DNA of 21,946 bases from Ginkgo biloba (Eukaryota; Plantae; Ginkgophyta): positions 6,361,615-6,383,560 of the forward strand of contig JANKJI020000001.1 of NCBI GenBank assembly GCA_024626585.2, given 5' to 3'. Positions 12,448-21,946 of this stretch are shown here, piece after piece (within the stretch, counting starts at the first letter, position 1; each line of letters opens with the position of its first letter). The translations under genes and the position numbers were made by a program. The notes under the pieces were generated by a model, which was not told the DNA's origin, made no database searches, and saw nothing but the letters and a program-made list of their open reading frames with translations.

Positions 12448-13442
12448 ATGAATTTTAGTGGACTTCCTTATCTAAATATGCTCATGCTTGGTGCAAATGG
12501 TGTGACCTATTCCAACATTTAGGGAAACCAATAGTCTAAGACTTCATTCCCTTCAACCCAGTGTCAATGCAATTTCCTTTTGAAAAGTGGAGTATCAACT
12601 TCATTGGACCCATTAGAATTCCTACACATATAAACTACGCCTGATATATCATAGTTTCAATAAACTATGTCACCAAGTGGGTGGAGGTTAGAGCCACCTA
12701 AGATTATAAAACCATGATGACAAGTTACTTCTTATATGAAAGCATACTAGCACCATTTGGTTACCCAATTAAACTATTTAGTGATAGAGGGACACACTTT
12801 ATCAATGATGGAAATGACACATTAACATATGAATTAATGATATAATATAGGAGGAACACCCCCTACTATCCTATATTCAATGGTTTAGTTGAATCCTCCA
12901 AAAAAATCATATGTAATCTATTAACCAAGATTTGCACCAATGGATGACTAAATTGGGCGAAGAAACTAAACATAATATTATGGTCATTTGACACCACTTA
13001 TAAGCCAACCATAGGTCATACCCTAATCTAACTAGTCTACAGGTAAGAAGCAATTATTCCCATTGAACTCCAAACTCCTAGCCTTTTCATTTTAATTGAA
13101 TAAAAAAGGAATGAGGAATAGTCCTTAAAATAAAAGACTAATCCATCTAACTAAGCTAGAGGAAACTTGTGCTATATCCCTCTGGCATCAAGAAATTATG
13201 TAGAAGCATATGAAGGAAGACCATGACCATATAATTTAATATATACAATCTAAGGAAGGAGATTTCATCCTCCTCTTTTATATCAAATTCAAGAATATGA
13301 AGGGAAATCTCAAGACATGACAGCTTGGCCCCTATGTCTTAGCCCAACTGCATGAGAATGGCTCTCTAGTCTTACAAAGCTATGTAGAGAAGACATTCTA
13401 GATCAAGTTAATGAATCATGCCTAAAACTATTCAGAATATAA
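12448..13442 (+). pseudogene. Ty3/gypsy integrase remnant with GPY/F module
   Basis: AHAWCKWCDLFQ...FPFEKWSINFIGPI...NYVTKWVEV...FGYPIKLFSDRGTHFIN...TPYYPIFNGLVESS...EAIIPIEL...LGPYVL..LHENGSL...VNESCLKLF, with many stops. Absent from the ORF track. Confidence 0.93.
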
Positions 13443-13559
13443 AAATGGTACATAAGAGACACACTTGTACCATAGTGTAAATAATCACATATGTTTTTAA
13501 ACCATATTAGTGCAAAACCAAGGTGGTCACCTATTTTTTACCTACATAAAGAGTAGTAA

Positions 13560-13895
13560 ATCCCATCACGTACCCATTCTAAGGTGCAAGAAAAAATAAA
13601 ACGAATACCAACCATGATGATGTAATCTTGTGACGAGTCATCATCATTACATGACTACGAGTCATTACGAGTCATCATCATTAATCTTGTGTAGTCATAA
13701 AGAATACCAACTTCAATGATACAATATTATGACCAATCATATGTAACCCACCACTTTTTCACTCTAAGACACAAGGAAAAATAAAATAATCTAATTGCAA
13801 TGATGCAATATTGTGACCAGTTGTATTCAACCTATCATTTACACACTTTAATGCGTAAGAAAAATAGAAAGGATATTATCTTTGATGGTGTCACT
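13560..13895 (+). repeat. About 84-bp degenerate tandem repeat in the retrotransposon 3' UTR
   Basis: Y-aagRaaaata motif at about 13587, 13772 and 13856, each in a unit with tgatgYaatattRtgacca-like sequence. Confidence 0.65.
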
Positions 13896-13944
13896 TTACA
13901 CCTGTTCATGATTAGAAGAAGAATTTAAATAAATGATTCTTTCA

Positions 13945-14000
13945 TAATCATCAGAATTTCAACCCAGGAAATACCATAAGGGTTGGAAGTCTAATGATTA
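13945..14000. other. 21-bp inverted repeat / hairpin with 14-nt loop
   Basis: taatcatcagaatttcaaccc (13945-13965) vs gggttggaagtctaatgatta (13980-14000): 18 of 21 positions complementary. Confidence 0.85.
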
Positions 14001-14332
14001 AGAGTAAAAGTATAGGCGAGCAACAATTATNNNNNNNNNNNNNNNNNNNNNNNNNNNNNNNNNNNNNNNNNNNNNNNNNNNNNNNNNNNNNNNNNNNNNN
14101 NNNNNNNNNNNNNNNNNNNNNNNNTAAAGATTATAAAATTCTTTATCTTCTCATCATCCGAACACATTTCACTCTTTATGAGCTCATCAGCGGATAAAAC
14201 TTGCTTGAGTGATTAAGAGTAAAAGTATAGGTGAGTAGAAATTATATCGATAACCACACAATAATGAATATTCTAAAGTAACAAGAATAAAAAATAAACA
14301 ACAACGAATAAGAATGAATAAAAAACTTTTGA
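13995..14332 (-). repeat. Tandem repeat (period about 215 nt) carrying a hammerhead ribozyme; Penelope pLTR or retrozyme-like
   Basis: 36-bp block tgattaagagtaaaagtataggYgagYaNNaattat at 13995-14030 and 14210-14245 (32 of 36 identical), separated by a 94-N gap. The minus strand is T-rich. Confidence 0.6.
14154..14197 (-). ncRNA. Type I hammerhead ribozyme with minimal stem III, CpG-decayed
   Basis: Minus-strand RNA reads UUAUCCG-CUGAUGA-GCUC-AUAAA-GAGU-GAAA-UGUG-UU/CGGAUGA. It has an intact CUGAUGA and GAAA core, a 7-bp stem I, a 4-bp stem II and a GUH triplet. Predicted cut between 14161 and 14160. Confidence 0.85.
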
Positions 14333-14468
14333 NNNNNNNNNNNNNNNNNNNNNNNNNNNNNNNNNNNNNNNNNNNNNNNNNNNNNNNNNNNNNNNNNNNN
14401 NNNNNNNNNNNNNNNNNNNNNNNNNNNNNNNNCTCTCTTTCTAACTGCACTGCTGCACATTCACTTCC

Positions 14469-14489
14469 ATATATATATATATATATATA
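14469..14489. repeat. (AT)10 microsatellite
   Basis: Read directly. Confidence 0.95.
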
Positions 14490-15087
14490 CATACGGGAGA
14501 AAGCCAGAGTTAACCCTATCGATATATCAGACTTGCCACAATAATACCACTTTATGTCTAACGGAATCGTGAGCATTTCCCCCCAAGGGAAGAGGGTAAA
14601 GAAGATCATCGCCAAACCACGCGCATTTCCCTCCGCCAGACGTGTAGTTGGACAAAATATTTGAAGCGCGCCGTGGGTTGATTATACCCTTTTTTTTTGG
14701 GTAAGTGATGGTAACATTCCACCAAGTTATTATTTTCGCCAGCTTTGAGTATGCGGCTCGTAGACTGACGGTGCGCTTTCGTTCTAGATGTTATGGTAAT
14801 TATCTGACTATCTAAACACGTTTTTGTCGTCTTCTTAGGAAAACTCAAGTTGGTAGTCACCACCAACATGATCGTAATCTCGTATCCTTGGAAAATTGGT
14901 AGGGTAGGTCCCCCATTGTCTTTCCCTTTTGAAGAACATACGCACACGTGGTGCCAATCACATTTGCACACAAGGGAGCAACATGTCAAATGGAGTCTTG
15001 TAAGCATGTGCTTGTCTCATTATTAGTCTAGTACAAAGGATGATAAGGATTCCCAACTCAGAGTCCTCCATTGAACGTGTTGCCGAC

Positions 15088-15136
15088 AACCAATAGTTTT
15101 GATTCGTTGAACATAACCAATAGTTTTGATTCGTTG
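15088..15136. repeat. Perfect 22-bp direct repeat, period 27
   Basis: aaccaatagttttgattcgttg at 15088-15109 and 15115-15136. Confidence 0.95.
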
Positions 15137-16175
15137 GACACATCATACACTTGACAATAGACGAGTTGATGTTATCGCATCATGTCAATGCTTGCAAACT
15201 TGCAAGTGTGGTGGTGGTGGTTCTAGTGGTTGTAAAAGATGGTTAGAGGATCACACCAAAAGCATTTGGTCATATGTATGCGTAGAAATTGTATCGTATC
15301 CTTGTATGTTGTATCTCTTTTGATTTCTTTATGCATGCTTCTCATTTAAGGACTCTTTGTATAAAGAACCCCCATGTTGTGCCCTTTGCTATATTATAGA
15401 ATGTTATTATTTTTATTGGGGATAACGTGTGCTATTTGGCTATAGCACATACTTATGTTAATCTTTTCTTGATGATTTGAGTGTCAAGTCACATAAGCAT
15501 CAAAATCATTTTGACATTTTATGTGTTGCATTTAAAAGAATACCATATGCATCGCATTAGCCTCATACTATGGCTCTACATGGGTTGTTGCTTAGTACTC
15601 TCATTTATTATCAACCACACCCTAAATTATATGATCAAAGCAACCCTCACATAATGGAACGTGGATGAAGACATTTTCGATGGAGACTTTATTAATGGAG
15701 ATACATTATATCCTAGTATTAGAGCACATTCCTCTAATTCTTGACCACTGATCATTATGATTAGAGTTATGTTAATGCATCCTTGGAGATAAATTCACAA
15801 AGTATAACCCCTGGAATTGTGAAAGCAGGAGGAAACTCTAAGAACACTCGACATTGCTTCTCGTAATGATTTCAACTAATAGGAGGCTTCTACAATTATA
15901 GGTGATTGTTGTCATCTTTATCAAGGTTTGAAAATCTGCTCCAATTCTCATGAAATTGAATATAGGGAAAATGCACGATATTTACAATAGATGTTGTGTG
16001 TCTTCTTAAAGATGTTGCATGTTTGTTGCCATGCTATAGGTTTTTCTCATCTGCATTGCAAGTTTCCCTATGACANNNNNNNNNNNNNNNNNNNNNNNNN
16101 NNNNNNNNNNNNNNNNNNNNNNNNNNNNNNNNNNNNNNNNNNNNNNNNNNNNNNNNNNNNNNNNNNNNNNNNNNN

Positions 16176-17722
16176 GACCTTAAGTAGGCCCCTATTTCTA
16201 CTTTTATCCTTATGCCAATAAAATTTACCAAAGATTTCATCTTATACATTTCATTTTTTGATATGGCTATAAGCAAGGTCCTTGGCTCTTGCATTGAATA
16301 TGTCATATATTATGCAAGCAAATTCTTAGTTGGTTACAAATTGTACTATCCTGATATCGATAGATAGTGCCTCGCAATTGCTAATGCAACTACAAGTCCA
16401 AGGCATTATGTGCTCCATAACCATACTTAGGTTATGCTTCCATCTAATTCTCTAAAATATCTCTTATACTAGACAATCTTATCAAGATGATTTGGCCTCT
16501 AGACAATTCTCCTTTAATAGTTTGAGTTTGAATTTGTACATCCCAAAGCTAAGAAGGGCATGAGCTTAGCTGAAATCCTTATTGACTCCCTCCTCCACCT
16601 TAAGCTCATATCCCAATGGTCGACACTTTTCTTAGATGATACCTTACTTCTAATTTTAGACGAAGACGAATAGTTTGGAGATATCACTCGGCAATTTAGA
16701 GATTTGACCTATGCTCTATATCTTGAAAAAGCCCAACAACACTTCACATCTTAACTCTTGGCTATATCATCCTAGATGACACCTTGCACAAGAGGTCCAT
16801 AGATGGAGTTATATGTCATTGTGTTGCACAAGATAACGCAAAAATCATCCTTAATAAGTGTCATTTTGGTTTGTGTGGAGGTCATTTCTCCATATTTAGT
16901 ATAACATCTAAGATCATTAGAGGTAGTTATTATTAGCCTATACTTGTCAAAGATTGTCATGAAGTTATCAAGTATNNNNNNNNNNNNNNNNNNNNNNNNN
17001 NNNNNNNNCAAATAACATGCACCCCCGACTCCACTTCATCCTATAATTATTATAGATCCATTTGAAAAATGGGACATTGATTTTTTTTGGACCATTTGAA
17101 CCACTTGTGGGGACTCTATATTAGTAAATAATTATTATAGTTGACTATTTTACTATGTTGGTTGAGGTTATGTTAGTAAAGAGGGCTAATGGTGAAATAA
17201 CCACGATGTTCATATTCAACCCAATCATCACAATATTTAATACACCACTAGATATTGTTTTAGACCATGGAGCTCACTTTATTAATGAGTTGATGGAGGA
17301 ATTATTACATAAACCTGGGATCGATCACTCTAAGACTTCATATAATTACCCTCAAACCAACAAACTAGTTGAATCATTTAATAAGATGTTAGAGATGATT
17401 CTTCAATGTATAATTGATGAAAATCATCAAGACTAGGATATTAAAATATAGTCGACATTATGGTTCTATAGAACAACTACCAAAGTTACTACTAGTGTCA
17501 TACCTTTCCCACTCGTATCTTGGAGAGAAGTTATTCTTCCAACTAAAGTGCAAAAACAAAAGTAAGTACAAAAGTATGAAAGACAAATTGAAAATAAGAT
17601 GGCTTGGACCATATGTTTTGGAAAAGCTCTAAGAAAATGGATCAACATAATTGTCCAAGTCAATAGGAGAGTTAGTGCCAAGACGTGTTAATGATGATTG
17701 TCTAAAGCTTTTCAAAGAATGA
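16176..17722 (+). pseudogene. Ty3/gypsy (Tat-like) RNase H and integrase remnant
   Basis: FILYIS..DMAISKVL...VIYYASK.LVGY...CLAI...RHYVL...LKYLL...KAKKGMSLAEIL (RH), then CHFGLCGGHFS...YY*PILVKDCHE (zinc finger), PFEKWDIDF, IVLDHGAHF, YPQTNKLVESFNK (DDE residues retained), RWLGPYVL, VNDDCLKLF. Confidence 0.93.
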
Positions 17723-18849
17723 ATAATTCAAGAGAAGTTGAAATTATAAATATATATAGGTACAATATAAGCATATTAGATAAAAATAAAAATAAAAATG
17801 AGTTCAAAGACATGGCTGCATAAATGTGGAAAAGTCACAAAGAAGGGGAAGAAACAAGAGAATTTTACAAATGGTCATGACTAGTGACAAAGATAAATTA
17901 GACTAACAAAAATTTGATAATGGAAGGAAGGAAATTTGCTAATAGAGAAAGTTTGCAGTGAATGGAATTCTTACAAGTAAAGAAGAATCATAAAAAATAT
18001 ATGAAGGATGACTAAAATCAAACAAAGTCTACAAGATTTTACCTAAGGAAGGAAGAAATCATTTTCTAGTATTTAGATAATTTAAGTCCAAGATAAAGAA
18101 AATTAATCACTATAAGTGTTTAATTTAGAGAAATAATAAGTTGTGGTAACGATAAAAAGGATCAAAAAATATTTTATTAATGTAGAAAGAAAGACTGGCT
18201 TGCAAAAGAAAGAATTATACAATACATTGGCATAATTCTAAACAAATTCTTTTGATAAAAAGAGTATCAAAAGATTAAGGATTAGATAGAGATCCATGAT
18301 TTAAAGGAATCATGAAAAATCTTTAAGGAATTATTTTCCTTAGGGGAATGGACAAAAGAATTTATAAAAAGTTATGAAGTCACTAATCATGACATATTTC
18401 ATAGAATTTTAAAATTTGCATGTCCTTACACATTAGAGTGACTAAGTAAAGAAGGATTTGTCACTTAGCGTGACAAAATGAAAAAAATAGAAGGAATGAG
18501 TAAAAGTGCCCGAAATGGTAAAATAGTGTGAAATATTACACAAAGAAAAGAAAGAAGTTGCATGATGTTGCAAAATGTCATTAGCCATAAAAAACAGGTA
18601 ATGAAATTTGAAGCTTTTCTAAAGTGAAGAAGTGAGCAATAAAGTGTAAAGTCANNNNNNNNNNNNNNNNNNNNNNNNNNNNNNNNNNNNNNNNNNNNNN
18701 NNNNNNNNNNNNNNNNNNNNNNNNNNNNNNNNNNNNNNNNNNNNNNNNNNNNNNNNNNNAAAGAAAATTACAAGTAACTAATGTTGTAACATATGGATAG
18801 CATGGCAGAATTAATGCGTAATGGTGCAATTACATATATAGTTAAAATT

Positions 18850-20212
18850 CAATTTAATCATAATGGGAATTAGAGTTCTCAAGAACTAGAGCATTTTATA
18901 AAATGATTTGAGCTAATATTGAGAAGAGTGATTATAGTTATCTATGAATTGGTGATTGTGAGAAATGATTGTGTGGAGAGATTTGAACTGTGATTAAAGG
19001 TAATTAGCGAAAAATGGGATTTTCTTAGGTGAAATGAATACAAACCAAAGTGTTATCAAGCATCTAAGATATGTTTTAAGATTTAAATTCTTAGAAGATG
19101 GCTAAAATAGAATATTTATTCCATGATTTGGTTATGAATGATACTATTTCTTTTCACTAGAAAAGATAAAAGAAATCAACAAAGAAAATTGTGAAAGGAT
19201 TACATCTAAATTAGAATGAAACTACTCTTAGAGTGTGGGTTATAGAGACATATTTTACATATTATGAACTATGAAAAGAATCATATGATGCACAAATCTA
19301 GTTAAAGAGATGATTTGTGTTATTGTAGATAGGAAGATAATACTAGGTAGCAATTTTGTAGAAATTGATATGGAGACAATCATTAATATTCTTAGAAACT
19401 TGAATGAGGGAAAAATCATTAATCTTAAGCTAGAGAAGAAGTGGTTTAATGCTAAGAGATGGGATGTTGTAGATAATATATTGACACAAATTTTAAAGGA
19501 GTCTAATGATAAAATTACAACTCAAGTTTCTATATAAAAAAATTATTATTGTATCTTTTAAAGTTATTGTGATTGGTATTTAAGAATGTTAGAAGTTGAG
19601 GATGTAACACATCTACTAATGGAGTGGGTGAGACTCATATATAATGATTTGCATAATAAAGTGAAGTATAATTTGGGTAATTTTTATGCTAACAAAAATA
19701 TGTCAGATATGTATGCTATGCAGATGAATTGTTTAACATGTTTAGAAATTCAACAGTTTTATTAACTTTGACTTTAGCTAAGTATTCCTTGGATAGAGAA
19801 ATGTTGATATGGAAGCAACTGAAACATTTAGAGTTTATATTTTGAAGAAATTCTTTCATGATAGTAAATCAAGGCCTACTTTTGAGAAATCAAAAGTTGA
19901 GATTTCAAATGTGCAAAAATAAAGGATTTAAATTATTATAAATGCAGAAGAAGGCAAAAGAATATCCTATTCTAAGTGTTAAAAAAGTAAGATTTCAGGA
20001 TGTAGTTACAATCATCAAGAAAGCATCTAAAGAGATAGAGAATAGTAAAGGTAGTCAATCGATACCAATTGATAAATGCCATCCTAAGAATATCATGGAT
20101 GTGGGGAAGGAACTTAATATCCTACCACATCAGAAAATGAGGATATTAAAAGAAATGGCCGCTAATCGTGACATCAACATTCCTTTGGACACGATATTCA
20201 AGTGGTGGGAAG
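18850..20212 (+). mobile_element. Probable decayed gag region of another LTR retrotransposon
   Basis: FNHNGN*SSQELEHFIK*FE...RFEL*LKVISEKW resembles the retrotransposon gag N-terminal pattern, and ILKEMAANRDINIPL resembles a gag-protease linker. Heavily degraded. Confidence 0.4.
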
Positions 20213-21254
20213 NNNNNNNNNNNNNNNNNNNNNNNNNNNNNNNNNNNNNNNNNNNNNNNNNNNNNNNNNNNNNNNNNNNNNNNNNNNNNNNNNNNNNNNN
20301 NNNNNNNNNNNNCCTAATAAAATAAAGATTGTGACATGTAATAAAATGCCCATAGGGATGCCATTTGGACAAACCAGTCACCAACAACAACATAAGGGTG
20401 CCATGTCAATTTCCACCTAGCCAACAAGGATGGGTGGATTTTTTACCTACAACAAATATCATCAAGAAGGATATACCATATAGATCAAATATATTCTCTC
20501 TCTTCTCATGATGATCTTCAAAATTGAAAATCTCATTTCATTCTTATGGGGGGAGAAAAGATTAAGGCAACAAAAGATGTCAAATATGGAATATCCCCCC
20601 TTTCTCATCTATATAGAAGGGGTATGTATAGGATAATAATGGTTGTTGACGTTAACCATAGGGTAATCATGAAATACCATAAGGTCAAGTAAGAGACATG
20701 CAAGTGCTCAAGATACAAATAGTGATGCATAGGTTAAATGAATGGCATGGATATCATAGGTGCTAAAATGAAAAATAACATCATGTTAATGCGTACATAT
20801 TCATAAGATACCATGTCAGTGCACACTCTTTTAAAGAGTACCATATCATTTCATTCTTATGAAGAATGTTAAAATTTGGTATAGTACATAGAAATATGGT
20901 GTGACTTGCAAAATCCCAAAAACACAAACAAAAAATCTTAAGATGTGTTCCCTTGCATACAATCTAAGATGATGATTCATGCTTATCTATGACTATACCA
21001 AATCACCTACATATAATCCAATAACAAATATCCTGTGCACTCTCAAATATTTAAAATCAAGGATCTAGCTTAATCTAACTCAAGATTTAAAGCAAGATCA
21101 AAGATAAGCCTTCATAAAACCATTGGACAAATAAATCTCTCTTTATTCACTAGTGTGTAAACACAAGATTATAATTGACGATAAAACTTATATCAATCAA
21201 CGCACATTTATGTGAGAATATAAAGGCTAAGGCCCAATTTATAAGAAAGGCCTT

Positions 21255-21575
21255 AGGTTTGATTTAGTAAGGATCCTTGTAAGAAATATCCAATTCATAA
21301 TTACACTAACCTTACTAACCACATAAATATTAGATAATGGAACTAATAAGAAAGACTAAGAATGGTAGCATCCCCTTGCACATATATTATCTACAATTAG
21401 CCCATAGCTAAAGAAAGAGAGTAAATGAGATAATATAGTGAGAGAAAATCTAATATAATAAAAACTCTCAAATAGATTTTCCATGGTCATGGCCTCCTCA
21501 ATAAGCTTAGACCCCATATAACCATATTATATCCCTCTCTTGTTTGAGATGACGCATCATTTCCTCCCCCCTAAG
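21255..21575 (-). repeat. LTR-like non-coding remnant, weakly similar to 5990-6220
   Basis: gagataataYaNNgagaga and ttag(t)accc.atat..ccctct motifs are shared with 6074-6210 in the same order. Confidence 0.3.
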
Positions 21576-21946
21576 TAAGCAATGGACCCCATTTCTTGAT
21601 CCATAAGATGTGGAACAACCTTCTTCATATTATAGTACCCAACCACTTTGGAACAATATGCCTCTATAATAAGTTATGGTCTATAACTACCATGTGACAT
21701 ACATAACAACCCCAATATATAGATAAATCCATCCTTAAGATGATAATCCCACAAGGAATCCTCTTTAACCATAATAGGATATGAAAACTAAGATACCATG
21801 TAAGAAAATCCATCATTAAAAAACTAAAGACCTTTCCACTCAAGAAAGAAAAAATAAGAAGAATCTAATACCTACAATAAAGAATGCACTAGTGGTTAGT
21901 TTAATAAATATTCCATTATGTTTCTTTTCCCCTTTGTGTATTTGAT

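Larger units (their letters stand above)
14433..15190 (-). promoter_or_regulatory. CpG-retaining promoter-like island
   Basis: About 24 CpG in 14490-14950 by hand count, versus about 3 in 1500-2600. G-box CACGTG 14945-14950, CCAAT 14954, ACGTGT at 14640 and 15075, GCCGAC 15082, and a (TA)10 TATA-like tract followed on the minus strand by GA-rich sequence. Strand is inferred. Confidence 0.5.

Noticed and set aside
13630-13660. gTGACGA-GTCAT...ATGAC resembling a hammerhead core and stem II
   Set aside because: Lacks C3 and the GAAA box. The sequence is explained by the parent tandem unit plus filler DNA.
13935-13956. Minus-strand CTGATGA-ttat-GAAA as a second hammerhead
   Set aside because: No stem II and no compatible stems I or III. 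The motif is part of the hairpin arm.
14445-14468. tgcactgc similarity to the start of miR408
   Set aside because: Only 8 nt match and no precursor hairpin.
14606-15007. 133-aa minus-strand ORF in the CpG island
   Set aside because: No recognisable domain. An ORF of this length is plausible by chance in GC-richer DNA.
1331-20420. Many ORF-track entries containing X runs or hydrophobic low-complexity peptides
   Set aside because: Artifacts of N-gaps and AT-rich or antisense TE sequence.

Overview
AT-rich eukaryotic DNA, most likely from a land plant (recalled motif similarity points to a fern or gymnosperm, unverified), in a fragmented draft assembly with 16 N-gaps. No intact host gene is visible. 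The window is mostly decayed retroelements: Ty3/gypsy non-chromovirus (Tat-like) gag-protease, RT, RNase H and two integrase remnants, two L1-type LINE endonuclease remnants, a nested younger LTR, and a dispersed LTR-like repeat. Most lesions are C>T/G>A changes typical of methylation-driven decay. The standout is a type I hammerhead ribozyme fold on the minus strand (14154-14197) inside a gap-interrupted repeat of about 215 nt. This resembles a Penelope pseudo-LTR or non-LTR retrozyme array. Across a gap from it lies a CpG-retaining, promoter-like island pointing in the same direction. All translations and folds were done by eye.
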